The notes beneath the pieces are model-generated. The model was not told where the DNA came from. It saw only the letters and a list, made by a program, of their open reading frames with translations, and did no database searches. 64,000 nt of DNA from Myxococcota bacterium (GTDB lineage Bacteria; Myxococcota_A; UBA9160; UBA6930). The position numbers were made by a program, and so were the translations under genes. The DNA lies in NCBI GenBank assembly GCA_965223415.1, contig OZ245002.1:3680001-3744000 (forward strand). The letters run 5' to 3'. This document shows, one piece after another, positions 55,634 through 64,000 of the stretch; within the stretch, counting starts at the first letter, position 1; the number at the start of each line of letters is the position of its first letter.

Positions 55634-57271
55634 ATGGCGGTCGCCGACGCAGGAACCCGAAAGCCGTGGCTCTACGGCCCCGTTTCCGACCTCCTGCTGG
55701 GCTGTGGCCTGCTCTACGCGGCGCTCTTCCTGGCGCAGGCCGCCTTCGGCGCCAGCTACCGCAACGCCGTGCCCCACGCCGTCCTCCCCCTCATCGTGCT
55801 CCTGCTCGGCCAGCCCCACTACGGCGGTACCCTGGTGAGGATCTACGAGAGCCGCCGCGAGCGCCGCAGCTACGCGATCTTCTCGGTCTGGGCGACCGCG
55901 GCCCTGGTGCTCGCCTTCCTGGCGGGGATCCGCGTGACCTGGATCGGGACGCTGCTGGTCACGGTCTACCTCACCTGGAGCCCCTGGCACTACACGGGCC
56001 AGAACTACGGTGTGGCGGTCATGTTCCTGCGGCGCGCCGGTGTGGACCTCGACGCGGGGACCAAGCGCCTCCTCTACCTCTCCTTCCTGCTCTCCTTCGT
56101 GCTCGTGTTCGGCGTGATGCACCAGACCCTCGGCGTGGCCACGAACCCGCTCTCGCTCTACGGCGGGACGAACATCGAGTTCCAACCCCTCGGGATCCCT
56201 CCGTCGATCATGGCCCTTGCGATGCCGGTCGTGATCGGCGCCTACCTGGTGACGTCGGTGGCCTGGGTCGTGCGGCTCCTGCCCGAGGCTTCGATGCGTG
56301 CCCTCGCGCCGGCGCTGCTGCTCTCGGTGACCCAGGCCCTCTGGTTCTCCCTGCCGACGATCGTGCAGTACGGTGGCTGGGACACGGGCATCGACGTCTT
56401 CCGCCAGGAGTACCGGGCCTACTACTTCACCTTCATCGCCGGGGGACACTCGCTCCAGTACCTATGGGTCACGAGCTACTTCGCCCGGGGCTCCGCGGGC
56501 TGGCAGGGCTTCCCCGTCTACCTCGGGAAGGTCCTTGCGGCGGGCGCTGCGGTCTGGACGATCCCGATGTGGATCGCGTTCGTGGCTGGCGCCGGCCCCT
56601 TCGCTCTCGACGGCGGACTCACGCTGGTGGTGGCCGCGGTGGTGAACATCCACCACTTCGTGCTCGACGGCGCGATCTGGAAGCTGCGCGGACCGATCGC
56701 CGAGCTCCTGGTGCGCGACGTGCCCGAAACGAGTACCAGCCTCGACCGCCCCGCCTCGCCCATCCTTCGCCGCGCGGTCTGGGCCGCCTGCGCCTTCACC
56801 TTCGTCTGGGCCTCCTGGACGCTGGTCGAAGGGGAGCGGGTGGTCGCCGCTCTGAACCGGGGCGAGGCCCACGAGGCCATCGCCCTCCAGGACCGGATGG
56901 CCGCCTGGGGCCGGGACACGGCTCAGGCGCGGGCCGCCGCCGGCCAGCTCCTGATCGCCAAGGGCGAGCCCGAGGCCGGGCGCGCCCAGCTCGAGAAGAG
57001 CCTGGAGCTCTCGGCCAACGTGCTCACCTGGGTGGCCCTCGGTGCGAGCCACGAGCGGGCCGGGGAGTGGGCCGAGGCGGCGGCGGTCTACGAGCGGGCC
57101 ATCGCTGCGGGCAACCAACGCTCGGAGCTCCTCGTCCTGGCGGCCCGTGCCCACCTGCAGGCCGGCGACCCGCGCAGTGCGCGCGATCACGTCGTGCGCG
57201 GGGAGCAGCTCTACCCGGACGACGAATCCTTCGTGCGGCTGCGCCGGCTGGTTCGCCAGCGCGGCTGGTAG
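55634..57271 (+). CDS. Multi-pass membrane protein with His motifs and C-terminal TPRs (paralog of 15308-16993)
   Basis: WLYGP.SDLLLGCG, PHYG, WSPWHY.GQNYG, HSLQY, HHFVLDGAIWKLR. Confidence 0.8.
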   Translation: MAVADAGTRKPWLYGPVSDLLLGCGLLYAALFLAQAAFGASYRNAVPHAVLPLIVLLLGQPHYGGTLVRIYESRRERRSYAIFSVWATAALVLAFLAGIRVTWIGTLLVTVYLTWSPWHYTGQNYGVAVMFLRRAGVDLDAGTKRLLYLSFLLSFVLVFGVMHQTLGVATNPLSLYGGTNIEFQPLGIPPSIMALAMPVVIGAYLVTSVAWVVRLLPEASMRALAPALLLSVTQALWFSLPTIVQYGGWDTGIDVFRQEYRAYYFTFIAGGHSLQYLWVTSYFARGSAGWQGFPVYLGKVLAAGAAVWTIPMWIAFVAGAGPFALDGGLTLVVAAVVNIHHFVLDGAIWKLRGPIAELLVRDVPETSTSLDRPASPILRRAVWAACAFTFVWASWTLVEGERVVAALNRGEAHEAIALQDRMAAWGRDTAQARAAAGQLLIAKGEPEAGRAQLEKSLELSANVLTWVALGASHERAGEWAEAAAVYERAIAAGNQRSELLVLAARAHLQAGDPRSARDHVVRGEQLYPDDESFVRLRRLVRQRGW

Positions 57272-57273
57272 GC

Positions 57274-59919
57274 TCAGGATTCCGCCGGCGAGCCCGCATC
57301 CTCTTCGAGGATCGGCTCCGCCCGGTCCGGCGCGCCGCGGCCCAGCCAGGCGGGCAGCGCTCCCAGGTTGGCCGCCAGGCTGCAGGCCATGCCGATCACC
57401 AGCACGACGCCGAGGCTGGCGATGCCCCGGTGCCCCGAGCTCGCGAGGCTGCCGAAGCTCGCGAGGGTCGTGAAGCTGCTCAGGAAGACCGCGCGCCCGG
57501 TGGTGCTACTGGCGAGGCGCCGCACCGCCGCCGGCTCTCGTCGCGCCCGGCGCACCAGGTGGATGCCGCTGTCGACGCCCATCCCCAGCAAGAGCGGCAG
57601 CACCACCACGTTCGCGAAGTTGAGGGGCAGGGAGAGGACGCCCAGGATCCCCAGGGTCCAGAGGCCGGCGAGCAGGAGGGGTGCGAGGGCGAGGAGTGCG
57701 TCGAGGGGCCGGCGCCAGATCAGCACGAGCAGGCCGGCGATCACTGCGACGGCGATCCACAGGGCACGCTTCAGCGAAGCGCTGGTCGCCCGCCCGAACT
57801 CCACCAGGTTGACGGGCAGGCCCGTCGCTTCGGGCACCACGGCCTGGACCGCGCTCACGAAGGCGGCGAGCTCCCGATCGTCGCTGAGGTCCCTCGTGGG
57901 GAACACCTGGAGCCGCACGCTGCCGTCCTCGGCGAGCAGGCGCGTGCGCAGCCGCGCCGGCAGCACCTCGAGGCTGACGGGCTCCGCCTCGAGGGCGGCC
58001 TGGAGGCGCGCGAGCTGCTGGGGGAAGCGGCCGAGCAGGCTCTCCTCCAGGCGGGCCAGGGCGGGCCCCGGGTCCTCCTCCCGCCGGACCTGCTCCAGGA
58101 AGGCGTGGAGGCGGTCCCGCAGGGCCGTGGCGCTCGCCGCCAGGCCGCGGGTGCGCCACAGGGGGCTCGCCGCGAGGCTCGCGTGAAGGGAGCGCAGCGC
58201 CTCGATCTGTCGCTCCGCGGCGACGGACGCGGTGGGGCCGGCCGCCGGCACGTCGAGGAAGAGGGCGAGGTCCTCGAGCAGGAAGAGCTTGTCGTCCTGC
58301 TCGCTGGGCACGTAGTCGCCCAGGTGACGGGTCTCGGCGACGAGCGGGAGGGCGCCGAGGGTCGCCGCCAGACGGCGGGCTTCCTCGAAATCGGCGCCGA
58401 GCACGTCCACGTACCAGGGGGAGCCGCGCCCGCTGGCGAGGAGGTCCTCCCAGGTCTGGACCGACTCGGTGTTCGGGTTGCGCATCTTCACCACGTTCGA
58501 GTCGAAGCGGACGCTGCGGGCGGCCGGCACCGCCGCGAGCGTGGCCACGGCGGCGAGGGCGAGCACGAGCCCCGGCGCCGCCGGCGCCCGTCGCACGATC
58601 GAGGGACGCTCCGGCGCGACCGTGCGCAGGGGGATTCCGCGGGTGAGGAGAGCGGGGAAGAGCGAGAGCGTGAGCCCGAAGATGACGAACATCCCGGTGC
58701 CCGAGATGAGGCCCAGCTCCGCCACGCCGCGGTAGTCGGTGGGAACGAAGGAGAAGAAGCCGACCGAGGTGGTGACGGCGCACAGGAGGAGCGCGGGCCC
58801 CACGTCGGCGGTGGCGCCCACGAACGAAGCGGCGTGGTCCTCGCCTGCGCGTCGGCGCTCGAGCACGTGCAGGCCCAGGTGGATGGCGAAGTCCACCCCC
58901 AGGCCGATGAAGAGCACGGCGAAGGCGATCGAGACGACGTTGAGGCGTCCGACGGCGAAGGCAGCGAAGGCCGCACACCAGACCAGTCCGACGATCAGCG
59001 TCGCGGCGGTCGCCAGCACCATGGCCCGCGAGCGGAAGGCCCAGGCCAGGACCAGCAGCACGACCGCGAAGGAGAAGAGGCCCGCGACCCCCACATCGAG
59101 CACGAGGCCGCGCATCTCCTCGTCGTTCAGGGCCGGGTAGCCGGTGATGCGCAGCCGCAGGCCGTCGTCCCTGCCGATGCCGAGCCCTTCGGCGAGAGCG
59201 CGGATCTCGGCCAGGGTGCGACCCGCCGGAAGCAGGGCGTCGAAGTCGAGCACCGGATCGACGACCAGGGTGCTGAGCTGTCCGGTGCGGAAGCTCGACT
59301 CGCGGAGCAACAGGTCCTGCCAGGAGACGCGCAGGGGCCGCTCTTCGTAGACCGCCACCGTCGCGTCGCCGAAGCCGTCGAGCAGCGGCGCAAGCTCGTC
59401 CGGGGCCTCGGCGCGGTCGGCGAGGGCGCGCTCGATCACGCCCCCGAGCGTGGCCAGGTCCGGGCTGCGGGCGAGCTCGCCTAGCACGGGCTGGAAGCGC
59501 ACGAGCTGGTCCGAGAAGTCCTCGAGCTCCTCCACGCTGCGGTAGAGCAGGGCGTGCTTTTCGAAGAACGGGTCCGCATCCGCGGGGTACACCGAGCGGG
59601 CCACGTCCGGGCGCTCGGCCAGGGCGTCGGCCAGGCGGGCCGTGGCCTCGCGGCTGGCGTCCGGCGTTCCCCCGTCGATCACCACCAGCAGCGAGTCGTC
59701 CAGGACCGGGAAGCGCTCCTCGAAGGCCCGGGCGCGCTGCTGGAAGGGCAGGTGCTCCGCCAGCAGGGTGGTCTTGTTGTCCATGTTGACGCCGAGGTGC
59801 GTCGCCGCGTAGGCGCCCAGCACGAGCGTCAGCAGGCCGATCGCCAGGCTCACGGCCCCCGGCCGGCGCAGCACGCCCTCCACCCAGCGCACCAGCAGCC
59901 GCTCCACCCCGCCTCGCAT
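57274..59919 (-). CDS. MMPL/RND transporter, HpnN (hopanoid transporter)-like
   Basis: FAVLFIGLGVDFAIH, PTDYRGVAELG, NFANVVVLPLLLGMGVDSGIH, SGHRGIASLG motifs. Confidence 0.88.
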   Translation of the reverse strand: MRGGVERLLVRWVEGVLRRPGAVSLAIGLLTLVLGAYAATHLGVNMDNKTTLLAEHLPFQQRARAFEERFPVLDDSLLVVIDGGTPDASREATARLADALAERPDVARSVYPADADPFFEKHALLYRSVEELEDFSDQLVRFQPVLGELARSPDLATLGGVIERALADRAEAPDELAPLLDGFGDATVAVYEERPLRVSWQDLLLRESSFRTGQLSTLVVDPVLDFDALLPAGRTLAEIRALAEGLGIGRDDGLRLRITGYPALNDEEMRGLVLDVGVAGLFSFAVVLLVLAWAFRSRAMVLATAATLIVGLVWCAAFAAFAVGRLNVVSIAFAVLFIGLGVDFAIHLGLHVLERRRAGEDHAASFVGATADVGPALLLCAVTTSVGFFSFVPTDYRGVAELGLISGTGMFVIFGLTLSLFPALLTRGIPLRTVAPERPSIVRRAPAAPGLVLALAAVATLAAVPAARSVRFDSNVVKMRNPNTESVQTWEDLLASGRGSPWYVDVLGADFEEARRLAATLGALPLVAETRHLGDYVPSEQDDKLFLLEDLALFLDVPAAGPTASVAAERQIEALRSLHASLAASPLWRTRGLAASATALRDRLHAFLEQVRREEDPGPALARLEESLLGRFPQQLARLQAALEAEPVSLEVLPARLRTRLLAEDGSVRLQVFPTRDLSDDRELAAFVSAVQAVVPEATGLPVNLVEFGRATSASLKRALWIAVAVIAGLLVLIWRRPLDALLALAPLLLAGLWTLGILGVLSLPLNFANVVVLPLLLGMGVDSGIHLVRRARREPAAVRRLASSTTGRAVFLSSFTTLASFGSLASSGHRGIASLGVVLVIGMACSLAANLGALPAWLGRGAPDRAEPILEEDAGSPAES

Positions 59920-59958
59920 CGGGTGGGTGAATAGCAACTCGGGCTGGAGGTGCCGTGA

Positions 59959-60007
59959 AGGCCGTCACCCTCCGGGACCTGGCGGTCCCCGGAGGCCGTC
60001 ACCCTCC
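59959..60007. repeat. 15-bp direct repeat of the valS 3' end flanking a hairpin
   Basis: AGGCCGTCACCCTCC at 59959-59973 and 59993-60007; hairpin CCTCCGGGACC/GGTCCCCGGAGG overlaps both copies. Confidence 0.7.
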
Positions 60008-62935
60008 CGAGCCGAGGCGCTCGAGGGAGCCCTCCAGGCCCTCGATCCGCTCCCGGCAGCGGGTGGCGCGGGTGCGGGTCTCCTCCACCACCTCCGGCGG
60101 CGCCTTCGAGACGTAGCCCTCGTTGGCCAGCTTGCGCTCGTAGCCCTGGAGCTCCTTGCGGGCCTTGGCCAGGTCCTTCTCCACCCGTTCGCGCTCGGCG
60201 TCGAGATCGATCAGCCCCTCGAGGGGCAGCACGACCTGGAGATCCGGCTCCGCGTGCACGGCGGCCTGGGTGGGGACCTCGTAGCCGCCGGGCTCGGTCA
60301 CCTGCAGCTCGGAGAGCTGGGCCAGCCGCTGCACCTCACCGGCCAGGCCCGTCAGGCTGGCGCGCACGGCGGCGTCCTCGGCCAGGATCACGGCGGGCAC
60401 CCGCTGGCGCTGGGGCAGGCCCGACTCCTGGCGCAGGTTGCGGAGCCGGCCGACGGCGCGGATCACCCGGTCGAGCTCCGTCTCCGCCTCCGGGTCCACG
60501 AGCGAGCGGTCCGGCTCCGGGAAGGGAGCGACCGCGCAGAACGGCACCCCGTTTCCCCAGCGGGTCGCACGGCCCGGGAGGCGCTGCCAGATCTCCTCGC
60601 TCTGGAACGGACAGATCGGGTGGAGCATTCGCATCGAGGTATCGAGCACGTGGACGAGGACGGCCCGGGTGGTCTGGCGCGTCTCTTGGCTGGCGTCGGG
60701 CATCAGCGCGTCCTTCGCCAGCTCGATGTACCAGTCGCAGAACTCGTTCCAGAAGAACTGGTAGACGCCGTTGGCCGCCTCGTCGAAGCGGTAGCCCTCG
60801 ATCCCCGTGGCCACCCGCTCCGTCGCCGCCTGAAGCCGCGAGAGGATCCAGCGATCCGCCAGCGAGAGCCGTGCGCGGCACGCCGCGAGGGGCGGCGGCT
60901 CTTCCGCCCCCATGCCCATCAACGCGAAGCGCGTGCCGTTCCAGACCTTGTTCAGGAAGGCGCGGTAGCCGGCCACCCGCGGGATGGAGAGCTTCACGTC
61001 GCGGCCCTGGCCCGACAGCGCCGCGAGGGAGAAGCGCAGGCCGTCGGCGCCCGAGGCGGGGATGCCGTCCGGGTATTCGTCGCCGATGCCCTTCAGCACC
61101 TTCGGCAGCTGCTGCTCGGGCACCGGGTAGGTCTTCGTCTTGTCGAGCAGCTCTTCCTTCGTGATGCCGTGGATCACGTCGAGGGGATCGATGGCGTTGC
61201 CCAGGGACTTGGACATCTTGCGGCCGTGGGCGTCGCGCACCATGGCGTGCAGGAACACCTGGGCGAAGGGTGCCTCCCCCATGAAGTGGCAGCCGAACAT
61301 CATCATGCGGGCTACCCAGAAGAAGAGGATGTCGAAGCCGGTCTCGAGCACCGCGCCGGGATAGAAGGCGCGCAGGTCTTTCGTGTCGTCCGGCCAGCCG
61401 AGGGTCGCGAAGGGCCACAACCCCGAGGAGAACCAGGTGTCGAGGACGTCCTCCTCCTGCAGGTAGCGCTCGGCGGGAAGGTCTTCGCGGGAGGCCACGG
61501 AGAAGGAGCGCACCAGATCCTCGTCCACCGTGTCGAGGGCGAGGCGCAGCACCTCGGTGCGGGGTGCGTCGCTCCGCAGCGCGCGCAGGGCCCCGGTGTC
61601 GCCGCCCTTGCGTTCGGCGTCGGTCTGGATGGCCGTCTCGAGCTTCTCCAGGTCGTAGAAGACGGGGATGCGGTGCCCCCACCAGAGCTGGCGGCTGATG
61701 CACCAGTCCTGGGGGTTCTTCATGAAGTGATCCCAGGTGCTCTTCCAGCTCGCCGGGATCAGCTCGGTCTGGCCCAGCTCGTCGAAGGCGGCGCAGGCCT
61801 TCTCCGCGAGCGGAGCCGTGCGCACGAAGTACTGGCGCGAGAGCATCGGCTCGACCGTGTCGCTGGAGCGCTCGGAGATCGAGACCGCGTGGGTGATGGC
61901 CTCGCTGCCGCGCGTGAGGCTTCGGGCCTCGAGCTCCGCCTTCACGTTCTCGCGGGCCTCGTAGCGGTCCTGGCCCTGGAAGGGGCCGCCGTTCTCGTTC
62001 ACCCGGGCGTCGAGGTCGAAGATGCCGATGAAGGCGAGCCCGTGGCGCTGGCCCATCTCGAAGTCGTTCGGGTCGTGGGCGGGCGTGACCTTGACGGCGC
62101 CGGTGCCGAACTCTCGGTCGACGAAGGCGTCGGCGATGACGCTGAGCTCCCGCTCCGGAAAGAAGGGATGGCGGAGCGCCTTGCCCACCAGCCCGGCGTA
62201 GCGCTCGTCGTCCGGGTGCACCGCCACCGCCGTATCGCCGAGCATGGTCTCCGGCCGCGTGGTCGCGACGACGATTTCGCCCCCACCCTCGGCCAGCGGA
62301 TAGGCGAAGCGCCACAGCTCGCCCTCCCGCTCCTCGTGCTCCACTTCCTCGTTGGAGAGGGCGGTGCGCGTCGCCGGGTCCCAGTTGATCAGCCGCTCGC
62401 CGCGGTAGATGAGGCCTTCGTCCCAGAGGCGGACGAAAGCCTCCTTCACCGCCCGGGAGCACATCGGGTCCATCGTGAAGCGCTCCCGCGTCCAGTCCGC
62501 GGCGGCGCCCATTTCCTTCAGCTGCTCGACGATGCGGCTGCCGTTGCGCTCCTTCCAGGCCCACACCCGCTCGACGAAGGCCTCCCGCCCGAGATCGTGG
62601 CGGGAGAGCCCCTCGTGGCGTTTGAGCTCGCGCTCCACCACGGCCTGGGTGGCGATGCCGGCGTGATCCACTCCGGGCAGCCACAGGGCGTTCTTGCCCT
62701 TCATGCGGTGGTAGCGGATCAGGACGTCCTGGAGGGTGACGAACAGCGCGTGGCCGTTGTGCAGGGTCCCCGTTACGTTGGGCGGGGGCATCATGATCAC
62801 GTAGGCCTCGCGGCGCCCTTCGAGCGAGTCGGCGGCGTCCGCCCGGAACACGCCGGCGTCGTTCCAGATCGGATACCAGCGCGCCTCGACCTCCGTGGGG
62901 TCGTACGCCTTCGGAAGCGGCTCCATCGCACTCAT
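59999..62935 (-). CDS. valS: Valine--tRNA ligase
   Basis: PPPNVTGTLHNGH, DWCISRQLWWGH, DVLDTWFSS, KMSKS, C-terminal coiled coil. Confidence 0.97.
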   Translation of the reverse strand: MSAMEPLPKAYDPTEVEARWYPIWNDAGVFRADAADSLEGRREAYVIMMPPPNVTGTLHNGHALFVTLQDVLIRYHRMKGKNALWLPGVDHAGIATQAVVERELKRHEGLSRHDLGREAFVERVWAWKERNGSRIVEQLKEMGAAADWTRERFTMDPMCSRAVKEAFVRLWDEGLIYRGERLINWDPATRTALSNEEVEHEEREGELWRFAYPLAEGGGEIVVATTRPETMLGDTAVAVHPDDERYAGLVGKALRHPFFPERELSVIADAFVDREFGTGAVKVTPAHDPNDFEMGQRHGLAFIGIFDLDARVNENGGPFQGQDRYEARENVKAELEARSLTRGSEAITHAVSISERSSDTVEPMLSRQYFVRTAPLAEKACAAFDELGQTELIPASWKSTWDHFMKNPQDWCISRQLWWGHRIPVFYDLEKLETAIQTDAERKGGDTGALRALRSDAPRTEVLRLALDTVDEDLVRSFSVASREDLPAERYLQEEDVLDTWFSSGLWPFATLGWPDDTKDLRAFYPGAVLETGFDILFFWVARMMMFGCHFMGEAPFAQVFLHAMVRDAHGRKMSKSLGNAIDPLDVIHGITKEELLDKTKTYPVPEQQLPKVLKGIGDEYPDGIPASGADGLRFSLAALSGQGRDVKLSIPRVAGYRAFLNKVWNGTRFALMGMGAEEPPPLAACRARLSLADRWILSRLQAATERVATGIEGYRFDEAANGVYQFFWNEFCDWYIELAKDALMPDASQETRQTTRAVLVHVLDTSMRMLHPICPFQSEEIWQRLPGRATRWGNGVPFCAVAPFPEPDRSLVDPEAETELDRVIRAVGRLRNLRQESGLPQRQRVPAVILAEDAAVRASLTGLAGEVQRLAQLSELQVTEPGGYEVPTQAAVHAEPDLQVVLPLEGLIDLDAERERVEKDLAKARKELQGYERKLANEGYVSKAPPEVVEETRTRATRCRERIEGLEGSLERLGSGG

Positions 62936-62965
62936 ACGGCGGCGGAGTGTCGCAGAGGCGCGAGC

Positions 62966-63035
62966 GTGAGACAAAGGGACGTTCCTTTCTGTCTCACGAT
63001 TCCGTGAGACAGAAAGGAACGTCCCTTTGTCTCAC
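62966..63035. repeat. REPIN-like perfect 33-bp inverted repeat, copy 2
   Basis: GTGAGACAAAGGGACGTTCCTTTCTGTCTCACG-attc-exact reverse complement. Confidence 0.9.
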
Positions 63036-64000
63036 TCAGGGCACGACGGCGACGCCGTCGGGGAAGGCGAGGCCGCGGAGCAGGATCTCCGGGGGCTGGG
63101 GCTCGCCGGCGGCGTCGAAGCGCAGGCGCCATACCTTACCGTCCGGGCCGGGACCGATGGACGGGAAGTCCCAGGTGAGGTCGAGGTCCGCGTAGTAGAG
63201 GGTGCCGTCGGCGCCGCGGGCCAGGCCCATGGGGTGGCCCGTGGCGAAGGGCGGGAGCCAGCCGCCCGGTGCGAGGAGGGTGCGGACCCGCTCGCCGCGG
63301 GCGTCGAGCTCGATGATCTCGCCGGTGAAGACGCTGGCGGCGAGCAGGTGACCGTTCGGCGCGAAAGCGAGGCCCGAGAAGGTGTACCAGCCGCTCGCGA
63401 AGGTCTCGCGCTGCACCGCGTCGGCGAAGGGCGAGCCCACCGGGCCTTCGCCGCCGCAGCCGCCGGCCGCGTCCGGCCCGGTCGGGAAGGGCGGCGTGAA
63501 GCGCTCGATCACGCCACGGCCCGCCGAGGCCAGGTACACCCGACCCTTCCCGTCGATCGCGACGCCACCCGCGGTGCCGATGTCGGTGGCCAGCTTGCAG
63601 AAGCGCCGGCTCGCCTCGCCGGTCTCGGGATAGGCGCTCGGCGGCCCCGGGAATCCCCTGTAGGGCGGGAACCAGAGGAAGAGCTGTCCCTTGCCAGCGC
63701 CGAAGCCCTGGTTGCCGACGGAGCTGGTGAAGAGCCGGCCTCGCCCGTCGAAGGCGCAGCCGAAGGGCTCGCCCTGGGGCACACGGAAGGTGCCCGCCAG
63801 CTTCGCGACCTGCCGGCCCTCCCGGTCGAAGACGCCCCAGCCGGGCCGCGTGTCCGGCTGGCCCGTGTCTTCGCCCGCCAGGAACCGCCCGCTCCCGTCC
63901 GGCAACAGGCACACCATCCCGTTCACGTCTCGTCCCAGGGCGCCGCCCAGGGCTGCGTTCTCGACCACGATCTCCGGCCCGGCGGCGAGGTTCGCGAGAT
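63036..64000 (-). CDS. Partial beta-propeller (NHL/SMP-30-like) protein, 5' end outside window
   Basis: Repeated P.G.A.D..G.LY blades; reading frame stays open to the window edge. Confidence 0.7.
   Translation of the reverse strand, partial: LANLAAGPEIVVENAALGGALGRDVNGMVCLLPDGSGRFLAGEDTGQPDTRPGWGVFDREGRQVAKLAGTFRVPQGEPFGCAFDGRGRLFTSSVGNQGFGAGKGQLFLWFPPYRGFPGPPSAYPETGEASRRFCKLATDIGTAGGVAIDGKGRVYLASAGRGVIERFTPPFPTGPDAAGGCGGEGPVGSPFADAVQRETFASGWYTFSGLAFAPNGHLLAASVFTGEIIELDARGERVRTLLAPGGWLPPFATGHPMGLARGADGTLYYADLDLTWDFPSIGPGPDGKVWRLRFDAAGEPQPPEILLRGLAFPDGVAVVP

Noticed and set aside
55567..63007. Very long plus-strand ORFs (1305 aa, 1026 aa) and similar ones such as 29992-32940 and 8461-10782
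   Set aside because: They are antisense or alternate-frame shadows of well-supported genes, expected at this GC content, and have no recognisable motifs
25814..63035. Palindromic repeats as CRISPR repeats or as short peptides (MRQKGTSLCLT)
   Set aside because: There are no spacers, tandem array or cas genes; the peptide similarity simply reflects the DNA repeat

Overview
Very GC-rich bacterial chromosome segment. The mglBA genes next to recR-ybaB-dnaX-ffs, plus PEP-CTERM genes, suggest Myxococcota or a related deltaproteobacterial lineage (inference). From left to right it holds: a TonB2/TtpC-type energy-transduction operon with a TonB-dependent receptor and lipid/aromatic-type redox enzymes; a sulfatase-like gene, a PQQ/cytochrome c dehydrogenase and a DUF3604 gene; tRNA-Pro; an MMPL transporter and a LolA-like gene; priA-def-fmt-rsmB-rpe; mglBA, recR, ybaB, dnaX, SRP RNA and a SMUG1-type glycosylase; tRNA-Ser; a surface-glycosylation cluster; an HpnN-like MMPL transporter; and valS. 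The best candidate for an undescribed system is a ~3.7-kb islet at the tRNA-Ser 3' end, bounded by a 15/17 att-like direct repeat. It carries a decayed IS3, a perfect TGTGA-N6-TCACA box, and an operon of two signal-less clan CD cysteine proteases (metacaspase and clostripain) followed by the truncated start of a phospholipase C/phosphoesterase. Other oddities are two REPIN-like 33-bp perfect palindromes sitting at TGA stops, an fmt gene with no canonical start codon, a collapsed MgtC/DUF4010 relic, and a frameshifted PEP-CTERM gene. All calls come from reading motifs by eye; no database searches were run.
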